From assembly GCA_021770825.1 (NCBI GenBank), contig JAETQD010000010.1:62227-126226 (forward strand): DNA of 64,000 nucleotides, in the 5' to 3' direction. This stretch comes from Clostridium sp. (GTDB taxonomy: Bacteria > Bacillota > Clostridia > Lachnospirales > Lachnospiraceae). Each line of letters starts with the position of its first letter. Position 1 is the stretch's first letter. The notes beneath the pieces are model-generated. The model was not told the origin of the DNA, ran no database searches, and saw only the letters and a program-made list of their open reading frames with translations. This document shows, piece by piece, positions 59,278-64,000 of this stretch. Position numbers and translations under genes: made by a program.

Positions 59278-60969
59278 TTATACTGCCTGCTTATGAAGAT
59301 TTTTGTACCTGTCCTTTGCATGCGGCACACTACAGTCATCCATACCCTTTAATACAAAAGTAAGCTTGTATGGGTCAGTACTGCCATCCTCTGCAATCTC
59401 TCCGACAATCACCTTCTCCACAATGCTTTCAAATACCAGTCTGTCAAATTCATCCGTCACATCGGCATTCTTAAGCTTTGCTCTAATGATTTTCATACGG
59501 CTTGCAATATTCTTTTGGGACATAGCATTCTCGGAAAACAACAGCTTTTCTTCCTCACACTTGTCCAGTTTGTGATTCAATTCACTGTATTTTTCTTCAT
59601 AAGCCTCTTTAGAAATTTTATCATCCAGATACATGTCGGTCAATTTCTTTCTCTTTTTTTCAAGAGTCGAAATTTCCTTCTCCACCCGCTTTAGCTTCTC
59701 AGTGCTGTCATCCTTTGAAATAGCAGCTTCCAATGATGAAAGCACCGATTCCAGCACATCATCAAAATTCTCAGCCAGTAGCCGAAACATCTCCAGAAAT
59801 GCATTCTCTATGATAACCTCATCAATTGCCTTGCTGTGCGGACAGTTTTCAATTCCTTTATTGGCTGCTGTCCTGCATTTCCATACAGGCTTTTTATGCT
59901 GTGTATCCTGATGATGGGAACGCCTTGTAAGATTCGTTCCACAGAAACCACACTGACACATACTGCTGAATGCGTACTTCCTTGCAAACTTGGTTCTTGC
60001 CCCATCGGACACATTCTCATTGGTACGATATCTACTCTCGCGAATCTCCTGTGCCTTGTTCCATATTTCCTCCGAAATAATGGGCTCATGATGGTTCCTT
60101 GTATAATATTTATTGGATTCCCCACGATTATCAAGCCGCCTCTTGGAAATCGGATCAACGGTATAAGTCTTACCCATAAGCAGGGCGCCCTTATACTTCT
60201 CATTCTTTAGAATGCCCCGGATACCGCTATCCGTCCACTTAACCTCGCCCTTCTTATTCACTTTGCCCCGCCTCGTAAGTTCCTTGGCAATGGTATAAGC
60301 ACCATATCCCTGCACATACAAATCAAAAATCATATGGACTGTCTCAGCCTCTTTTTCATTGATGGTAATGCTTTTGTCTTCCGGGTGATAATCATATCCG
60401 AGACAACCATTGAACCCCATCAGCTCCCCTCTGGACATCTTCATCTGAACGCCCAGGGAAACATTCTGTGACAGAGATTCCACCTCATTCTGCGCCAGTG
60501 CTGATAGAAGTGATAACTGCATTTCACTCTCCATGGTGGAAGTGTCAATATTTTCTTTCTCAAATATGACTGTCACTCCCTTTGCCTTCAACATTCTTGT
60601 ATAAGAAAGCACATCCACAAGATTTCTCGAAAATCTGGATACCGACTTGGTAATGACAATATCCACCAGACCGTTCATACAGTCATCAATCATGCGCAAA
60701 AACTCATCTCTCTTGGTGGTCTTAGTTCCCGTTATGCCCTCGTCCGCATAAATGCCTACAAGCGCCCACTCCTTATTTGCAGAAATTTTGTCCTGATAAT
60801 ACTCCTTCTGAGACTTAAAACTCTGCAACTGCTCCTCTGCATTTGTACTGACACGCACATATGCCGCCACTCGTTTTCTTGTGATGGTAAGTGGCTTCCC
60901 CACCAGTCTTCGGTCCCTGATAACAGGACCTTCAACTTTCTTAATTACTTCTACTTGTCTTTCTTCCAT
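59278..60969 (-). CDS. Large serine recombinase (resolvase/invertase catalytic domain, recombinase domain, zinc ribbon, coiled-coil)
   Basis: N-terminal catalytic domain AAYVRVSTNAEEQLQSFKSQKEYY (Ser nucleophile). Recombinase domain. Zn ribbon C…CGFCG…C. Long C-terminal coiled coil. 563 aa. Confidence 0.9.
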   Translation of the reverse strand: MEERQVEVIKKVEGPVIRDRRLVGKPLTITRKRVAAYVRVSTNAEEQLQSFKSQKEYYQDKISANKEWALVGIYADEGITGTKTTKRDEFLRMIDDCMNGLVDIVITKSVSRFSRNLVDVLSYTRMLKAKGVTVIFEKENIDTSTMESEMQLSLLSALAQNEVESLSQNVSLGVQMKMSRGELMGFNGCLGYDYHPEDKSITINEKEAETVHMIFDLYVQGYGAYTIAKELTRRGKVNKKGEVKWTDSGIRGILKNEKYKGALLMGKTYTVDPISKRRLDNRGESNKYYTRNHHEPIISEEIWNKAQEIRESRYRTNENVSDGARTKFARKYAFSSMCQCGFCGTNLTRRSHHQDTQHKKPVWKCRTAANKGIENCPHSKAIDEVIIENAFLEMFRLLAENFDDVLESVLSSLEAAISKDDSTEKLKRVEKEISTLEKKRKKLTDMYLDDKISKEAYEEKYSELNHKLDKCEEEKLLFSENAMSQKNIASRMKIIRAKLKNADVTDEFDRLVFESIVEKVIVGEIAEDGSTDPYKLTFVLKGMDDCSVPHAKDRYKNLHKQAV

Positions 60970-61078
60970 GCAAAAACTCCTTTCAAAAATCTGTCTGTAT
61001 ACGTTAAGTAGGCAGCAACAAAATATCTGCTACTGCCTACACTATAAATCATAATGAAAATGTTAACGAATGTGCGGA

Positions 61079-61222
61079 TTATGCAGTCATAAAACTGATA
61101 ACATCATATTCGCCCATAATATGAATTCTTGTTCTGTTGTACTCATCTTCCGTAATCAGTCCCTTACGAAAAATCCATCCCAACACCGCAAGCTTCTTAC
61201 TCAACTCCAGCTCCTTCGTCAT
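61079..61222 (-). CDS. Small ORF (47 aa) upstream of the recombinase on the same strand. Hypothetical, possibly a recombination directionality factor or XkdX-like.
   Basis: Translates to MTKELELSKKLAVLGWIFRKGLITEDEYNRTRIHIMGEYDVISFMTA. AGAGGGG about 6 nt before ATG. Not in the ORF track. Confidence 0.3.
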   Translation of the reverse strand: MTKELELSKKLAVLGWIFRKGLITEDEYNRTRIHIMGEYDVISFMTA

Positions 61223-61417
61223 AAGCTAACACCCCTCTTTCCTAATAATCTGACTTATCACCTTCTTTCTGCATAAATGCTGTGATAATACACGAATTGC
61301 TGATAAGATAAAGTTCTTTTGGCTTCCATTCGTATCCTATGCCGTCAGCGTTACAGCTGACCTTTAGCTCATTGCCTGCGGGCTACTCCTGCTCGAGTTC
61401 CTTTCCCACCTTTATTC

Positions 61418-61437
61418 AAGAATGCCTCGGCATTCTT
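61418..61437. repeat. Perfect 20-bp palindrome AAGAATGCC-TC-GGCATTCTT (9-bp arms around a non-palindromic TC dinucleotide)
   Basis: Read directly from the sequence. No T-run follows on either strand, so it is not a classic terminator. Confidence 0.6.
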
Positions 61438-61439
61438 GT

Positions 61440-61524
61440 GGCAAAACGCACACCGTGTGTAACACGGTAATTTCCTTGTGCGTTTCTGCCATCCGCCGGA
61501 GGCTTCTTTATGTGAATAAAGAAG
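61440..61524. repeat. Nested inverted repeats. 13-bp arms GGCAAAACGCACA/TGTGCGTTTCTGCC enclose a CCGTG-tgtaa-CACGG hairpin. A perfect 9-bp stem CTTCTTTAT-gtga-ATAAAGAAG (GNRA-like loop) follows.
   Basis: Read directly from the sequence. Together with the palindrome they fill the divergent intergenic region between the recombinase operon and the STAND gene. Confidence 0.5.
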
Positions 61525-61645
61525 TGTCTTCCCTCGCTCCTCCTAACTTCTCAGTTCTCCTCGCAAGGTCTGTTGGCATAAGATACAGCTCATGAATCCG
61601 TTTCCGGATTGTTTATCAAGGTTCAAAATACAAAAAGATTTAGTA

Positions 61646-61672
61646 GAACATTTGTTCTTTTTGTGTTATAAT
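61646..61672 (+). promoter_or_regulatory. Extended -10 promoter (TGtTATAAT) with an overlapping LexA/Cheo box GAACATTTGTTC, upstream of the STAND gene
   Basis: tagtaGAACATTTGTTCtttttgTGtTATAATc. GAAC-N4-GTTC is the Firmicutes LexA operator core. The -10 is consensus with a TG extension, about 110 nt upstream of the ORF. Confidence 0.5.
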
Positions 61673-61781
61673 CTTCTTGTAGCCAAGCCATTTCTCTCAT
61701 GGCTTCTGGTGGCTACGTTTTCATGGGTTAATGATACGAAATTTTGTCTTGGATTATCATTGACGGAAAGTTGACCGGAAG

Positions 61782-63845
61782 TTGACGAAAAAGTTAGGAA
61801 GTGATGAATTGCAGAACCGCATTACCTTCTCCAACGTAATCGGAGTGTTATTGGAAAATAAAAAGAAAACTTATGCACAGTACCAGATGATTGAAGACAT
61901 CTTCTACGACTGCCTGGGCAACATGGATTTATTTGAAAAAGAGGATTTTGAAAAAAATGTTACCTACAGCAGATGGTGTACCGGAGAGCGCCCGATACCC
62001 AAGGAAATATTATCCTTTTATGACAATTGCGGATTTGACGGCATTCAGGATAATATTCAGGATGATGTAATTCCAAACCTTATCAATGTGCCAGCCACAA
62101 GGAAACTGCTTTTAGAATTGGTTATGGACAGTGTGGATGTAATTGGTACAAAAAAGGCGGATGAATTTGCCCAGATAACCGATGATGCAGAGCTTATCAC
62201 TGCCCTTATCCGCTACGCCATATTAAATGACCATGACAGCAGACACACCCTGTTATCACCTAATTTATCGGATATTCTTCTGAGTAACAAGCTTCCTTCT
62301 GTAAACCGCTATTTTCTCGGAAGAAAAGAGGAAATAAAGGTCGTTAGCAAAGCTTTGCAGGAAAACAATCTTGTATTTATCACCGGCACTGCCGGTATGG
62401 GTAAAAGTGAACTGGCAAAGGTCTATGCCAAAAAGAATGAAAAGAAATACACCAACATCATTCACTTATTTTACGATGGTGATTTAAAGAAATGTGTTGC
62501 TCAGATGGAATTTAGTGATGATACCGCGGACATGAGCGAAGATATGCTCCTAGACAGACATATGAAACTATTAAAAAAGCTCCACTCTGACAGTCTCATT
62601 ATCATTGACAACTTCAATGTTCTGCCAAAAGAGGATGCTTTCTTTAAGGAATTTATAAAAATGAACTGTAAGATACTGGTTACCAGCCGGTGCAATATCT
62701 CTCAGTTTAAGACGGTAAAAGTTTCTGAAATGGACGCAGATACAGAGCTTGTAGAACTGTTTTATAAGCATTGCCCTTCTGCAAAGAGTTCTGAAGATGT
62801 GGTAAAGGACATTATCCAGACGGTGGGCTGTCACACCCTTACTGTATGCCTGTCTGCATTATCCCTGACAGCCAGCGGCATGGAACCGGAAGAACTGCTT
62901 GCTGAACTGAGAACTTGTGGGCTGAATATCGCCTCCGGGGAAGATGTGGAACTGTATAAAGATGATGATTTTACTGACGGACTGATGATCGAGCATTTAC
63001 GCAAACTGTTACAACTTGGCAAATTGTCCAATCAGCAATTGGACATTCTTTGCAATCTGTCTCTGCTACCAGTTGCCGGCATATTAAAGAACAGCTTCAA
63101 GAACTGGATGAGACTTGATAACCTTGCGGATGTAAACCACCTTATTAAATACGGATTTATCAACGAAGATACAGATAACAAGAAAATCAGCCTGCATCCA
63201 CTGTTACAGGAAGTGATTTCCATTGAAACCATACCAACCATAACTGCCTGCCGGACTCTGCTTAATAGCCTCCACCTTGTCTGCCTGGCACATGGCTTGG
63301 AACTTCGCAGGCCGGAAAATATCATTGCTTCCCTTATCAGTGTATCAGAGCGCATTATAGTAGATGATGGTGCATATTTCTTACTGTTTTTACAGGATAT
63401 GTTCCCATATCTGGACAAATACCTTGTATCGGATTACCTGCCGAAACTAACTGATAGAATCAGCTATCTTATGGAAGAATACAAGCTGGAATCTCCATGT
63501 GACAGGGCATTGCTACTGGATTATAAGGCAGAGTGTTTTCTGTTGAAAAAGGATTACGCAAATGCAGTTAAGGAACGTGAAAAGGCAATCAACATCATGG
63601 AAAAGATGCATACAAAAGATGCAGATATGCGAACTGCAAACCTGCTATCCAATCTGTACAACAACCTTTCCAACACTTATCTGCTGATGAAGCGTGGAAA
63701 TGAGGCAGCCAATGCACTCCGTACAGCCTTTGATATCCGTATGGAATATACACACTTGGGACTTACCGAATCCCATGATTCCCTGCAACAGATGATGAAC
63801 CTTATCAATATACTGTTGCTGGCAAAGTATACGGTAAATAGCTAG
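61782..63845 (+). CDS. STAND-class NTPase with an N-terminal ~190-aa (possibly HTH-like) domain, an NB-ARC-like P-loop ATPase and C-terminal TPR-like helical repeats
   Basis: Walker A FITGTAGMGKSELAK. Walker B SLIIIDNFN. ILVTSRC (hhhTSR/TTR-like). GCHTLTV at the GxP position. C-terminal ~300 aa are helical repeats. WCTGERPIPKEIL resembles the XRE-HTH W-x-x-G-x-R-x-P pattern. The start is uncertain: TTG at 61782, or more likely TTG at about 61809 with AGGAAG 7 nt upstream. Confidence 0.8.
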   Translation: MTKKLGSDELQNRITFSNVIGVLLENKKKTYAQYQMIEDIFYDCLGNMDLFEKEDFEKNVTYSRWCTGERPIPKEILSFYDNCGFDGIQDNIQDDVIPNLINVPATRKLLLELVMDSVDVIGTKKADEFAQITDDAELITALIRYAILNDHDSRHTLLSPNLSDILLSNKLPSVNRYFLGRKEEIKVVSKALQENNLVFITGTAGMGKSELAKVYAKKNEKKYTNIIHLFYDGDLKKCVAQMEFSDDTADMSEDMLLDRHMKLLKKLHSDSLIIIDNFNVLPKEDAFFKEFIKMNCKILVTSRCNISQFKTVKVSEMDADTELVELFYKHCPSAKSSEDVVKDIIQTVGCHTLTVCLSALSLTASGMEPEELLAELRTCGLNIASGEDVELYKDDDFTDGLMIEHLRKLLQLGKLSNQQLDILCNLSLLPVAGILKNSFKNWMRLDNLADVNHLIKYGFINEDTDNKKISLHPLLQEVISIETIPTITACRTLLNSLHLVCLAHGLELRRPENIIASLISVSERIIVDDGAYFLLFLQDMFPYLDKYLVSDYLPKLTDRISYLMEEYKLESPCDRALLLDYKAECFLLKKDYANAVKEREKAINIMEKMHTKDADMRTANLLSNLYNNLSNTYLLMKRGNEAANALRTAFDIRMEYTHLGLTESHDSLQQMMNLINILLLAKYTVNS

Positions 63846-63920
63846 TACCGTGCCAGTTTCGCTAAAATCTGAGATAATCAACTTTGAAAAAACTAAGTTT
63901 TTATAGAGGAGGACTATCTC

Positions 63921-64000
63921 ATGGATAAATCAACCCATCAGATCCGGCGTGAACAATGGACTCAGATCATCAATAACTGCCTTGCCAGCGGCCAGTCTAA
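63921..64000 (+). CDS. 5' end of an ORF running off the window. Possibly an HTH-containing transposase or regulator N-terminus.
   Basis: AGAGGAGG ribosome-binding site, then ATG. Translates to MDKSTHQIRREQWTQIINNCLASGQS… Only 26 codons are visible. Confidence 0.25.
   Translation, partial: MDKSTHQIRREQWTQIINNCLASGQS

Larger units (their letters stand above)
58830..64000. mobile_element. Lower-GC putative integrative element or island fragment. The left boundary may be anywhere from ~55.1 to ~58.8 kb and the right end runs off the window.
   Basis: The serine recombinase, small accessory ORFs, the STAND NTPase, a helicase remnant and AT-richer composition all fall here. No direct-repeat att flanks could be identified inside the window. 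Confidence 0.4.

Noticed and set aside
61070-61276. 68-aa (+) ORF MCGLCSHKTDN…
   Set aside because: It is antisense to a better-supported 47-aa minus-strand ORF that has a Shine-Dalgarno sequence. The (+) ORF has no ribosome-binding site.
61261-61315. SigmaA promoter for the minus-strand small-ORF / recombinase operon (TGTATTAT region)
   Set aside because: The TG is directly abutting the hexamer rather than TGn, and the -35 is poor. It is too weak to call without a PWM scan.
61280-61600. Possible group II intron domain V/VI, T-box, riboswitch or retron ncRNA in the inverted-repeat-rich intergenic region
   Set aside because: No match was found to the domain V consensus (catalytic AGC triad / GNRA context) or to the T-box AATTAGGGTGGNACCGCG. 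There is no adjacent reverse transcriptase for a retron. The region is kept as unexplained symmetric elements rather than a named RNA.
1-64000. CRISPR arrays and rRNA genes
   Set aside because: No spacer-interrupted direct-repeat series and no rRNA-like conserved stretches were seen. The only tandem repeats are short in-frame coding repeats and the 11-nt triplet at 61.76 kb.

Overview
The window is mostly a sporulation-competent Clostridia (Lachnospiraceae-like) core chromosome with a low-GC horizontally acquired island at the right end. The sequence runs about 50-55% GC and is densely coded, mainly on the minus strand.

Block 1 (1-9.4 kb): an mglBAC-like galactose/glucose ABC transporter, preceded by a four-gene sugar-sensing module. 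That module has two membrane-anchored periplasmic-binding-protein-like sensors, a YesM/LytS-type histidine kinase and a YesN-type REC-AraC regulator.

Block 2 (9.5-18 kb): an AbgB-like M20 amidohydrolase, a polar amino-acid ABC transporter, and carAB.

Block 3 (18-23.2 kb): sporulation genes.
- cotJA-cotJB-cotJC.
- A YkwD/CAP-domain protein with 33-nt tandem repeats.
- A stand-alone Spo0A C-terminal-domain protein.
- A SpoIID/LytB-like protein with a peptidoglycan-binding domain.
- tRNA-Ala(GGC) and tRNA-Gly(CCC).
- A DUF305 gene whose 3' end reads antisense through tRNA-Gly.

Block 4 (23-54 kb): housekeeping and envelope genes.
- An AI-2E transporter, an aminotransferase and a Wzy-like membrane protein.
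- HPr, cdaA-cdaR, GalT, a Gx transporter and ApbE.
- An HD protein, DacB-like carboxypeptidase, RluA and RsmF.
- A DUF853 HerA-like ATPase, a putative DUF5722 hydrolase, a CPBP protease and PdaA.
- A DUF4118 histidine kinase with an OmpR-type regulator.
- A DUF1576 protein, TrmO, a GGDEF protein, tartrate dehydrogenase, patatin and an SPFH protein.

The most interesting region is 54.4-64 kb.
- Two small ORFs with strong ribosome-binding sites. One is a 60-aa Cys/Pro-rich peptide (CPPCPPCPPPRCPG) behind a sigmaK-like promoter and ahead of a double-hairpin terminator.
- A soluble hybrid histidine kinase with two REC domains.
- A frameshifted, truncated UvrD-like helicase remnant.
- A lower-GC island carrying a large serine recombinase flanked by small ORFs.
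- A 500-bp divergent intergenic region packed with perfect inverted repeats.
- A STAND NTPase with an N-terminal HTH-like region, an NB-ARC-like ATPase and TPR-like repeats. Its promoter carries a Firmicutes LexA box, making it a candidate SOS-induced Avs/NLR-like defence or regulatory protein.

No CRISPR array or rRNA gene was seen. Coordinates I derived by hand may be off by 1-2 nt.
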